A stretch of DNA of 64,000 nt from Candidatus Uhrbacteria bacterium (lineage in GTDB: Bacteria; Patescibacteriota; Patescibacteriia; UBA9934; GWF2-40-263): positions 5,498 to 69,497 of the forward strand of contig JACPHU010000013.1 of NCBI GenBank assembly GCA_016188495.1, in the 5' to 3' direction. This document shows, in pieces, positions 7,617 through 16,122 of the stretch (within the stretch, counting starts at the first letter, position 1; every line of letters starts with the position of its first letter). The notes below the pieces were generated by a model. That model had not been told where the DNA came from, ran no database searches, and worked only from the letters and a program-made list of their open reading frames with translations. The position numbers and the translations under genes were made by a program.

Positions 7617-8987
7617 ATGTTTCAATTTTATCGCCATGTTCATTTTGTGGGAATTGGAGGCATTGGGATGTCTGCCCTTGCAAAGTGGTTTATCCATGAA
7701 GGGATCAGGGTGAGTGGTTCTGATGTGTCTGCCAATACTATAACGGAGGATCTTCGTAAACGCGGAGTCAGATTTTTTTCAGGTCATGCCGTTTCCAATA
7801 TCGCCCAAGATGTTGATTTGCTTATCTACACCTCAGCGATTCCACAAGACAATACTGAACGACAGTATGCTCAAGAACGCGGTATTCCTCAGAAATCTTA
7901 TTTTGAAATGCTCGGAGAAATTTCTAAATCTTTTTCGACCATTGTCGTGACAGGCACCAACGGGAAAAGTACGACCACGGCCATGTTGGGACTTTTATTG
8001 GAAGCAGCCGGGTATGATCCAACCGTTCTTGTCGGCTCGCTTGTTCCGGGATTTCCCGATGGAAATCTTCGTTTGGGGAAAGGACGTTTTTTTGTGGTCG
8101 AAGGATGTGAATATCGCGCCAACATGATGAATCTGGAACCCGAGATGATCGTCCTTACGAATATCGAAGAAGACCATTTAGATTATTACCGTGACCTGGC
8201 TCATATTCAGGAGACGTTCCAGGCATTCGTACAAAAACTTCAAGGAAAGGGACTCGTGGTTTATAACGCCATGGATTCAGGAACCAAGCCTTTGCATTTT
8301 TTTCGAAGTGTTGGATATGGGTTGGAAAAAGAAACGGACTATGTTGCGCGACAGAGACGAGTTTCACAAGGCCTTCAACAAGTCAGCATCTATCGTCATG
8401 AGGCGCAGGAGATTTCTATGGGGGATTTAACATTGCAAATTCCAGGGACGTTTAATGTCATGAACGCCCTTGCCGCGATTTCTGCGGCCATGGAAATAGG
8501 AATTCCTTTTGAAACCTGTCGTCGAGTTTTGGAACAGTTCAAAGGCATTTGGCGTCGTTTTGAAAGGTTAGGTGTGTGGAAGGGGGCAGATATTCTGTCT
8601 GATTACGGCCATCATCCAAGTGCGATTGCTCAGACGATTGAGGCTGCGAGAGAATTTTTTCCAGGTCGAAGAATCATTTTGTGTTATCAACCTCATCAGC
8701 ATGACAGAACGAAAAAATTGTTTGATGAGTTTGTTCAGACGTTAGCCCTTGCCGACCATGCGATCGTCGTAGAGATTTATGATGTGGCAGGACGCAACGA
8801 AGTGCATGATGTGAGTTCGAAGGATCTCGTGTTGGCGATCAAGAAAAAAGATTCTGCAAAGGATATCGTCTATGCCGAAGATTTTATGGCAGCAGAACAA
8901 TTATTGCGGGATCATATTCAACCCAATGATGTTCTTCTCATGATGGGTGCTGGAGATATTGATTCGCTAGCAAGAAAACTCGTATGA
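7617..8987 (+). CDS. murC: UDP-N-acetylmuramate--L-alanine ligase
   Basis: HFVGIGGIGMSALA and the Mur ligase P-loop GTNGKSTT. The start is set at ATG 7617 (MFQFYRH) because the ORF-track start at 7599 would include an extended -10-like sequence TGATAAAAT. Confidence 0.85.
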   Translation: MFQFYRHVHFVGIGGIGMSALAKWFIHEGIRVSGSDVSANTITEDLRKRGVRFFSGHAVSNIAQDVDLLIYTSAIPQDNTERQYAQERGIPQKSYFEMLGEISKSFSTIVVTGTNGKSTTTAMLGLLLEAAGYDPTVLVGSLVPGFPDGNLRLGKGRFFVVEGCEYRANMMNLEPEMIVLTNIEEDHLDYYRDLAHIQETFQAFVQKLQGKGLVVYNAMDSGTKPLHFFRSVGYGLEKETDYVARQRRVSQGLQQVSIYRHEAQEISMGDLTLQIPGTFNVMNALAAISAAMEIGIPFETCRRVLEQFKGIWRRFERLGVWKGADILSDYGHHPSAIAQTIEAAREFFPGRRIILCYQPHQHDRTKKLFDEFVQTLALADHAIVVEIYDVAGRNEVHDVSSKDLVLAIKKKDSAKDIVYAEDFMAAEQLLRDHIQPNDVLLMMGAGDIDSLARKLV

Positions 8988-9946
8988 CTATTTCTCAACA
9001 GTTAACAAACATCGTCGGCAATCGAATGACAGAGAATGAACCCATGTCCAAGCATACGAATTTTCGTATTGGCGGTCCGGCAAAGTGGTTTGTCGAAGTA
9101 AGATCTCTTTCTGAACTTCAGGAAGTGTTGAACGTGGTTAAAAATCATCAACTCTCTTTTTTTGTGCTGGGAGGCGGATCCAATATTCTCGTGAGCGATC
9201 AGGGGTTTGACGGCGTTGTTGTGAAGATGGCGATGCGCACTTATGAAATTCAAGGAAATCGTGTCAGATCCGATGCTGGGGTTCTTGCGAGCGCTTTGGC
9301 ACGCGCGACGGCAACACACGGACTAAAAGGACTTGCGTGGGCAATTTCACTTCCTGGAACTGTTGGCGGGGGTGTGCGAGGGAACGCGGGTTGTTTTGGT
9401 GGCGAGATGAAAGATTGCCTTGTTAGTGCGGTGGTGCTTCGTGACGGAGAATTGATTGAACTCAAAAAAGAGGATTTAGCTTTTGGGTATCGTGAGTCTA
9501 TTATTAAGCACAGTCGCGATATTATCGTGTCTGCAACATTTGAGTTACAAGAAGGAGATCCCGTAGAATTGAAAATGGAATTAGACGATAAGCTTATGAA
9601 GCGTAAGAAGTCTCAACCATTGGACGCAGGATCTGCAGGATGTCTGTTTAAAAATTATGAGATAAAAAATGACGAAGAGGTGCAACGTCTTTCCTCTAAA
9701 CTCGATATACCTTCAGAGATGTGGTCAGCCCGGCGGATTTCCGCCGGCTGGCTCATCGACAATCTGGATCTTAAAGGTATGCAGATTGGTGGAGCAAAAA
9801 TCAGTGGACAACACGGAAATTTTGTCGTTAATACAGGTTCTGCTACGGCGGATGACGTAGTTCAATTAGTTGCCTTGGTAAAAACCCGTGCTCGCAATGA
9901 ATATGGTATTGTGTTGAAGGAGGAGGTTCAATACGTTGGCTTCTAA
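8984..9946 (+). CDS. murB: UDP-N-acetylenolpyruvoylglucosamine reductase
   Basis: NFRIGGPAKWF, VLGGGSNIL and the MurB C-terminal region. Its start overlaps the murC stop by 4 nt. Confidence 0.9.
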   Translation: MTISQQLTNIVGNRMTENEPMSKHTNFRIGGPAKWFVEVRSLSELQEVLNVVKNHQLSFFVLGGGSNILVSDQGFDGVVVKMAMRTYEIQGNRVRSDAGVLASALARATATHGLKGLAWAISLPGTVGGGVRGNAGCFGGEMKDCLVSAVVLRDGELIELKKEDLAFGYRESIIKHSRDIIVSATFELQEGDPVELKMELDDKLMKRKKSQPLDAGSAGCLFKNYEIKNDEEVQRLSSKLDIPSEMWSARRISAGWLIDNLDLKGMQIGGAKISGQHGNFVVNTGSATADDVVQLVALVKTRARNEYGIVLKEEVQYVGF

Positions 9947-10074
9947 AATTTTTCAAAAAATCGCGATCTTGCGGCTTACGGGCGCCCGTCGACTCCGCTC
10001 TCCCTATTGTGAATAGGGTTCGCGCAGCTCGACAGCCCGTGCACCGCAATCTCATCGATTTTTTGAAAAATTTT
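9945..10074 (+). repeat. Palindromic intercistronic element, copy A. About 130 nt, with 19-bp perfect terminal inverted repeats.
   Basis: AAAATTTTTCAAAAAATCG at 9945-9963 pairs perfectly with 10056-10074. An internal hairpin CCCTAT-TGTGA-ATAGGG lies at 10002-10018. Core segments CGATCTTGC, TCGACTC and GCAATCTCATCGA are shared with copy B in the same transcriptional orientation. Confidence 0.7.
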
Positions 10075-10116
10075 AATTAAATAAGAATTCTGAAAAGTGA
10101 TAATTTATTAGTGTTT

Positions 10117-10464
10117 ATGCGTATTACTTCAATAAAAGGAACGAACATGCTTCTTACTGATGCCATTAAATCTCGTGTGACTTCACAAGCCGTTGCATTG
10201 GAAAAGTTAACAAAAGGTTTTGAACCTGCGGCAGAATTACGAGTAGAAGTTGGAAAATCAACAAAACATCATGTTAAAGGACCTTTTTATCTTGCAGAAT
10301 TTCAACTCCACGTTCCAGGAACGGAATTAAGAGCGTCTGTTTTGGAAGAGGATTTATATCACGCGATCTCTCAGGCTCGAGATCAAATACGACGACAGCT
10401 CAAGGGATACAAAGATAAATTAAAAGAGAAGAGTCAAAAAAAAGAACGACCAGGTAAAAAATAA
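10117..10464 (+). CDS. hpf: Ribosome hibernation promoting factor / RaiA (YfiA) family
   Basis: MRITSIKGTN...LLTDAIKSRV...FYLAEFQLHVPG fits the HPF pattern. The start was trimmed to ATG 10117. Confidence 0.8.
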   Translation: MRITSIKGTNMLLTDAIKSRVTSQAVALEKLTKGFEPAAELRVEVGKSTKHHVKGPFYLAEFQLHVPGTELRASVLEEDLYHAISQARDQIRRQLKGYKDKLKEKSQKKERPGKK

Positions 10465-10530
10465 AGAAACCTCGTCGAGTTTTCTAGAGGTTTCTAAAAT
10501 CAAACGACGGGGGAAATCCCCGTCGTTTGA
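10465..10530 (+). other. Two strong hairpins between hpf and secA, with no U-tract after either
   Basis: AGAAACCTC...GAGGTTTCT at 10465-10495, and TCAAACGACGGGG-GAAAT-CCCCGTCGTTTGA, a 13-bp stem, at 10500-10530. Confidence 0.5.
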
Positions 10531-10564
10531 TTAATTCATCAAAAAAGAGGATAATCATGCCCGT

Positions 10565-13318
10565 ATGTCAAAGATTTTGAAGGTTCTTTTTGGGGACCCA
10601 AACAAGAAATTGCTTAACCAATTACAGAAAGAAGTTGAAAAAATAAATGCTTTTGAATCAAGCATTCAACCTCTTTCTGATGAAGCCCTAAAAGCAAAAA
10701 CACAGGAATTTAAGGTAAAACTTTCTCAAGGTGTTCTTTTGGACGACCTTCTTCATGAAGCGTTTGCTGTGGTACGCGAGACGGCTCGACGAACACTGGG
10801 GCAGCGCCATTATGATGTTCAGCTCATTGGGGGACTCGTGTTACATCGAGGTCAAATTGCTGAAATGCGTACAGGCGAAGGAAAAACATTAACTTCTACC
10901 TTGGCGTTATATACAAATGCCTTACGCGGACAAGGATGTCATCTTGTGACCGTAAACGACTATTTGGCCAGACGCGATGCGGTTTGGATGGGGCAAGTGT
11001 TTCATTTTCTTGGGCTCTCTGTCGCTTGCATTCAGCAAGATGGAGGGCTCTTGTATGACCCTTCTTTTAAACATAAAGAAGGCGGGGATGTTGAGCAAAA
11101 AGCAGATGAGGAACGTGATGAAACAGGGTCTTTTCATATTCGTGAAGATTATTTGCGTCCCTGCTCTCGTTCTGAGGCTTATGCCGCAGATATTACCTAC
11201 GGAACAAATAATCAATTCGGGTTTGATTATCTTCGTGACAACATGGCTCCTACGTTGGACCAGTGCGTAATGCGCGAACTACACTACGCGATTGTGGATG
11301 AAATCGATTCGATCTTGATTGATGAAGCGCGTACCCCTTTGATTATTTCTGCCGCGGCTGAGAAATCAAACGATCTTTACTATCGCTTTGCCCAAATCGT
11401 CAACGAACTCAACGAGAAAGAGCATTTTAATGTGGATGAAAAAATGCGAACCGCAACGTTGACCGAATCTGGGATCGAAAAAATTGAAAAAATGTTAGGC
11501 ATTGAAAATTTATACGCCATGGATCAAGGTCTCTATCAACGTTTTGCCGATACAGCTTTGCGCGCACGGGCAAACTATCAACGCGATGTCCATTACGTGG
11601 TTAAAAATGGAGAAGTGATTATCGTTGATGAATTTACCGGACGTTTAATGCCAGGTCGTCGATTTTCTGAAGGAATTCATCAAGCCATCGAAGCCAGAGA
11701 AGGCGTAGAGATAAAAAATGAAAGTCGAACCATGGCTACGATTACCTTCCAGAATTTATTTCGCATGTATCACAAATTGGGTGGAATGACAGGTACCGCT
11801 GCCACAGAAGCAGAGGAGTTTTCAAAAATTTATAATCTGGAAGTCGTAGAAATTCCAACCAACAAATCTGTGATCCGTGTGGATGCCCAAGATCGTGTTT
11901 ATAAAACAGAACTTGGTAAATTTTCCGCGCTTGTTAACGATATTCGAGAATATCAACAAAAAGGCCAGCCTGTATTGGTGGGAACAGTGAGTGTGGAAAA
12001 AAACGAACTTCTTTCCCAGTTGTTAACCAAGGCGGGGATTACTCACCAATTGCTCAACGCGAAGAACCATGTTCAAGAAGGGGAGATTATCGCACAGGCT
12101 GGACGCAAGGGGGCCGTTACCATTGCCACGAATATGGCAGGACGGGGAGTAGATATTAAGCTTGGAGGAAATCCTCCGGTCAAAGAAGAGGAAGACGAGG
12201 TAAAACGATTGGGGGGGCTTCATGTGATCGGAACTGAAAGACACGATTCACGCCGTATTGATAATCAGTTGCGGGGACGCTCCGGACGTCAAGGCGATCC
12301 TGGATATACGCAGTTCTATCTTTCTATGGAAGATGGATTGATGCGCATTTTCGGATCAGACCGTGCCAAAGGCATGATGGATCGATTAGGCATACCCGAC
12401 GACATGCCTATTGAAAATAGTTTTATTACTGGTTCTATTGAGAAAGCTCAAACGCGTGTGGAGGGCCATCATTTCGATGCACGTAAGCACCTGTTGGAAT
12501 ATGACGACGTGCTAAACAAACATCGCGAAGTGATTTACGCTCGTCGTCGAGAGATTTTAGAAACGTTTTCCAAAGAACCAGAAAAAATGCGAGACCGTAT
12601 TTTGGACGTGATTGAAGGTGAGATTGAACAGATTGTTCTTTTTCATTCTTCTGAAAATGGAACAGACGGAACGTGGAATCTTAAGGAGATTATTGAAACG
12701 GTTAATGCTATTGTCGCTTTGTCAGAAGAAGAAATGGCTGATTTTAAACAGATGGGTTTGACGATCAAACAAGACAAAGAGCACTTAGCACAGCTTCGTA
12801 CTCAAGTGATTGTAAAAATCATGGAAAGTATCCGAGCTCATTACGATGCTCTTTATGATGTATTTGAGGATCGTAAGAGTGTATATAACATTGAACGTGG
12901 AGTTCTTTTGCGGGCTATCGATATGCTTTGGGTAGATCACTTAGCAGCGATGGGAGCTCTTCGTACAGGCATTGGTTTGCAAGGATACGGACAACGCGAT
13001 CCATTGATTGAATACAAGAAAGAAGGCTTCAACATGTTTCAGCATTTGCTTGGATCGATTAACAACGAAGTCACCAACACCTTCTTTAAGTACGCCAAAC
13101 ATGCGGTGGACATGAAAGTTCAGGTTGATTTGGGCAAGTCCCTTTTTCAAAAAGCGGGTATTACCCTTCAAGGTCCAGCAAAGACCAGTAGTGGTGATAA
13201 GGAAAAATCCGTAACAATAACTACGGAACCTTCTCAATCAGACGAATCAAAAATTGGCCGTAACGATCCCTGTTTTTGTGGATCGGGAAAGAAGTATAAA
13301 AAGTGTCATGGGAAATAG
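10565..13318 (+). CDS. secA: Preprotein translocase ATPase SecA
   Basis: DEAD motor motifs, the HxxxGRxGRQGDPG region and a C-terminal zinc-binding CFCGSGKKYKKCHG. Confidence 0.95.
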   Translation: MSKILKVLFGDPNKKLLNQLQKEVEKINAFESSIQPLSDEALKAKTQEFKVKLSQGVLLDDLLHEAFAVVRETARRTLGQRHYDVQLIGGLVLHRGQIAEMRTGEGKTLTSTLALYTNALRGQGCHLVTVNDYLARRDAVWMGQVFHFLGLSVACIQQDGGLLYDPSFKHKEGGDVEQKADEERDETGSFHIREDYLRPCSRSEAYAADITYGTNNQFGFDYLRDNMAPTLDQCVMRELHYAIVDEIDSILIDEARTPLIISAAAEKSNDLYYRFAQIVNELNEKEHFNVDEKMRTATLTESGIEKIEKMLGIENLYAMDQGLYQRFADTALRARANYQRDVHYVVKNGEVIIVDEFTGRLMPGRRFSEGIHQAIEAREGVEIKNESRTMATITFQNLFRMYHKLGGMTGTAATEAEEFSKIYNLEVVEIPTNKSVIRVDAQDRVYKTELGKFSALVNDIREYQQKGQPVLVGTVSVEKNELLSQLLTKAGITHQLLNAKNHVQEGEIIAQAGRKGAVTIATNMAGRGVDIKLGGNPPVKEEEDEVKRLGGLHVIGTERHDSRRIDNQLRGRSGRQGDPGYTQFYLSMEDGLMRIFGSDRAKGMMDRLGIPDDMPIENSFITGSIEKAQTRVEGHHFDARKHLLEYDDVLNKHREVIYARRREILETFSKEPEKMRDRILDVIEGEIEQIVLFHSSENGTDGTWNLKEIIETVNAIVALSEEEMADFKQMGLTIKQDKEHLAQLRTQVIVKIMESIRAHYDALYDVFEDRKSVYNIERGVLLRAIDMLWVDHLAAMGALRTGIGLQGYGQRDPLIEYKKEGFNMFQHLLGSINNEVTNTFFKYAKHAVDMKVQVDLGKSLFQKAGITLQGPAKTSSGDKEKSVTITTEPSQSDESKIGRNDPCFCGSGKKYKKCHGK

Positions 13319-13326
13319 TGCTACAT

Positions 13327-13851
13327 ATGAACATTCGTGTCGGATCTCTAAATAAAATAAAAGTTGAAGCGGTGCGGGAGTTATTACAAGATTATCCTCA
13401 TCTTGCTTCTTTTACCGTGGAAGGTGTTTCTGTTGAATCTGCTGTATCTGCCCAACCAAAAACATTAGAGGAGACTATTCAAGGAGCGATGCATCGAGCT
13501 CAAGCTGTTTTTGAAAATTGTACCTACAGTTTTGGAATCGAGTCTGGACTCATGGCTGTTCCTTATACAAAGACCGGATTTATGGATGTGTGTGTTTGTG
13601 TCATTTATAACGGCAAAGATTATTATTTAGGCTTATCTTCTGCTTGGGAAGTTCCACAACCGGTTACCAGATTGATTATGGAAGAAGGACTAGATATGAA
13701 TGATGCGGCAATGAGAGCTGGATATACAACAAACTCCAATATTGGTTCTGATCAAGGTTTGATTGGAATCGTGACAAAAGGACGCCTGGATCGTAAGACA
13801 TATACAAAAGAGGCGATTCGTACTGCCTTGATTCATTTAGAAACATCCTAA
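13327..13851 (+). CDS. Inosine/xanthosine triphosphatase, YjjX family (DUF84)
   Basis: It aligns along its length with E. coli YjjX. VSVESAVSAQP matches VAVESGVPEQP, and GLIGIVTKGRLDRKTYTKEAIRTAL matches [25 protein letters not shown]. Confidence 0.75.
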   Translation: MNIRVGSLNKIKVEAVRELLQDYPHLASFTVEGVSVESAVSAQPKTLEETIQGAMHRAQAVFENCTYSFGIESGLMAVPYTKTGFMDVCVCVIYNGKDYYLGLSSAWEVPQPVTRLIMEEGLDMNDAAMRAGYTTNSNIGSDQGLIGIVTKGRLDRKTYTKEAIRTALIHLETS

Positions 13852-13867
13852 ATTTGTTTTCATTATT

Positions 13868-13890
13868 AACCGCCTTCGGGCGGTTTTGTG
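13868..13890 (+). terminator. Intrinsic terminator after the yjjX-like gene
   Basis: CCGCC-TTCG-GGCGG followed by TTTTGTG. Confidence 0.5.
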
Positions 13891-13904
13891 ATACGATTCT
13901 TTCT

Positions 13905-14369
13905 ATGAAAACTATCCTGACCCTTTGTCTTATTTATCAACATCCAAGAATTCTTCTTGGAATGAAGAAACGAGGATTTGGTGTTGGAAAATGGAATGGG
14001 TTTGGTGGAAAGGTATTGCCAACAGAAACAATAGAAGACTCTGTGCGAAGAGAAGTACAAGAAGAAGCGGGGATACGGGTTAAAGATTTAACTAAAGTAG
14101 GGATTTTAGATTTTATTTTTACCGATCGCACCGAAGTATTAGAGGTTCATGTTTTTAAATCTGAAGAATTTTTAGGGATAATAACAGAAAGTGAAGAGAT
14201 GAAACCTCAGTGGTTTCACATAAAGAACATTCCATTTGATGAAATGTGGTCAGATGATCGATTTTGGATGCCGCTTTTTTTGAGTGGAAAGAAATTTAAA
14301 GGTGTGTTTTCTTTTGGAGAGTCTGATACTCTTCTTGAACAAGAATTAGTTGAAGTTGAGGAATGGTAA
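13905..14369 (+). CDS. Nudix hydrolase (MutT-like)
   Basis: The Nudix box is GGKVLPTETIEDSVRREVQEEAGI. The start was trimmed to ATG 13905. Confidence 0.8.
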   Translation: MKTILTLCLIYQHPRILLGMKKRGFGVGKWNGFGGKVLPTETIEDSVRREVQEEAGIRVKDLTKVGILDFIFTDRTEVLEVHVFKSEEFLGIITESEEMKPQWFHIKNIPFDEMWSDDRFWMPLFLSGKKFKGVFSFGESDTLLEQELVEVEEW

Positions 14370-14400
14370 ATTTTTTCTGTGGCATTGAGAAAATGAAACT

Positions 14401-14616
14401 ATGTTTAAACTAGGAATATATAGGCATTATAAAGGAAACGAATACGAGGTGATCGGTGTTGCCACACACAGCGAAACATTGGAAGCATTGGTTGTCTACC
14501 GAGCTTTGTATGGCAATCACGGTTTATGGGTTCGTCCATTGAAGATGTTTGTTGAGACAGTGGAAATAGATGGAAAAATAAGGGACAGATTTGAATATAG
14601 AGGTGATCGTGTTTAA
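14401..14616 (+). CDS. DUF1653-like small protein
   Basis: YRHYKGNEYEVIGVATHSETLE...VVYRALYG fits the DUF1653 pattern. Confidence 0.55.
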   Translation: MFKLGIYRHYKGNEYEVIGVATHSETLEALVVYRALYGNHGLWVRPLKMFVETVEIDGKIRDRFEYRGDRV

Positions 14617-14636
14617 ACCAAATTTTTTCAATAAGT

Positions 14637-15260
14637 ATGTTCGAACACTCACGTGAAAATCATGAAATATCTCATCGTATTGATTGGAATACCGTTCTTA
14701 GACAATGGCAGGAGGGCGAGGAAAAACAATGGGAGCAACTTATTCGCGAACGCGGATTTTCTTCTTGGTGGGAGTGGCGTAAAAGTTATGTCAAAGAGTT
14801 AGATCTTGAACAACGTGAATGGCGTGAAGAGATAATAATGAAACCGCATGATGTCATTCCTGATCTGGTATTAGGGGGATTCCGTGGATGGAAGCAGTAC
14901 CGCCCTGCTGATAAGGACCTTGTTACGTTTAGAGAAATGGTTTCCCCTGTCGTTTCTGGAGAAGTTTCCTATGCCCAAACTTCTCGTGTGGACATGAGAA
15001 CAAATTCAAGAGTTATGAGTTTAGTTGGAAATCTTACGGATACCTCTCTTCTTGTTTTACGATCTTCTGATTTTTCTGTTGTTCTTGATGGAACACATCG
15101 TTGCGCGGCGACAGCTATCGAAGTCGTAGATACTTTTTTACAGCCTTCTTCGTTTGTTGCCCGATTGCGTACATGCCAATTTTCTGAATCAGAAAGAGAA
15201 TTACTCGAAGCCTTTGCTCGAGATCGTGAAATAGTGATTAAGAAAGAGAATAAAGCTTAA
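14637..15260 (+). CDS. Hypothetical protein with a Trp-rich N-terminus
   Basis: A 207-aa ORF in a same-strand run of genes. No recognised motif. Confidence 0.45.
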   Translation: MFEHSRENHEISHRIDWNTVLRQWQEGEEKQWEQLIRERGFSSWWEWRKSYVKELDLEQREWREEIIMKPHDVIPDLVLGGFRGWKQYRPADKDLVTFREMVSPVVSGEVSYAQTSRVDMRTNSRVMSLVGNLTDTSLLVLRSSDFSVVLDGTHRCAATAIEVVDTFLQPSSFVARLRTCQFSESERELLEAFARDREIVIKKENKA

Positions 15261-15335
15261 AGAAAAAATCGCCCTGTTGGGAAGGCGATTCACGTGAGAC
15301 TCTCCAGTATCAATATCCGTGATTGGGAAAAAATG

Positions 15336-15596
15336 TTATTTACGATTAAGTGCGAAGAATTTTTCTTCTTCCAAGAGCTGGACGAGCTGCTCTTGGGTGA
15401 TGTATTGATTCATTGTGCGCGTTCCGTTCTTGACCTCTTCCATGACTTTTTGAAGAATAACAATCTCTTCGTCATCTTTACACACATTTAAGTAAGCTTC
15501 TGCTTTATGATAGAAAGTAATCGAAGCAGCTGTCTTACCGATTTCCCACTCCATTCCTGGTGGTGGATTGGTGCCTGTAACGCGTTTGTGACCCAT
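15336..15596 (-). CDS. Hypothetical small protein (86 aa)
   Basis: It occupies an otherwise empty 380-nt gap between plus-strand genes. No recognised motif. Confidence 0.35.
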   Translation of the reverse strand: MGHKRVTGTNPPPGMEWEIGKTAASITFYHKAEAYLNVCKDDEEIVILQKVMEEVKNGTRTMNQYITQEQLVQLLEEEKFFALNRK

Positions 15597-15639
15597 GAGC
15601 TCACTCCCAAAATGTTAGGGGTTCATGTATTGAACGTGT

Positions 15640-16047
15640 ATGCACAGTAAAAAAACAAACGGAAAAAGTCAATTTATGCTATTGCGTCCTATTGATAAAC
15701 AGGGTTTGTTTCTTTGGTTTGTGTTTTCTTTTGTTTTTGCGCTTATTTTGAGATTCAGTTTTCATGTTCAAATATTTTTTTCTGTTTTGTTCGGTATTAA
15801 TGTTTCAACTTTTTTGGTGATGTTTATTGATAAGATTCAAGCGCAACAGTCAGGAGGACGTAGGTTATCTGAACGTTCGCTCTATTTCATGACTTTTTTG
15901 GGAGGATCCTTAGGCATGATTTGCGCGATGTACGTCTTGCGTCATAAAAATCGTAAATGGTCGTTTCAGGTGATTATTTGGTTACTCGTTTTTCTTCAAT
16001 TTTTGGCCCTTTTCTTTTTCTCTGCTCCTTCTATTCCTTCTTTTTAA
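15640..16047 (+). CDS. DUF1294-family membrane protein
   Basis: RRLSERSLYFMTFLGGSLGMICAMYVLRHKNRKWSFQVIIWLLV matches the conserved DUF1294 core (R.SE..L..L.GG..G....LRHK.RK..F). Several TM segments are present. Confidence 0.6.
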   Translation: MHSKKTNGKSQFMLLRPIDKQGLFLWFVFSFVFALILRFSFHVQIFFSVLFGINVSTFLVMFIDKIQAQQSGGRRLSERSLYFMTFLGGSLGMICAMYVLRHKNRKWSFQVIIWLLVFLQFLALFFFSAPSIPSF

Positions 16048-16122
16048 TTTTCTCTCACGTATTTGTCCACTTGCGATAGGGAGTAGAATCGCTTAAACTA
16101 GCGCCGATTTATCAACGTCTTT

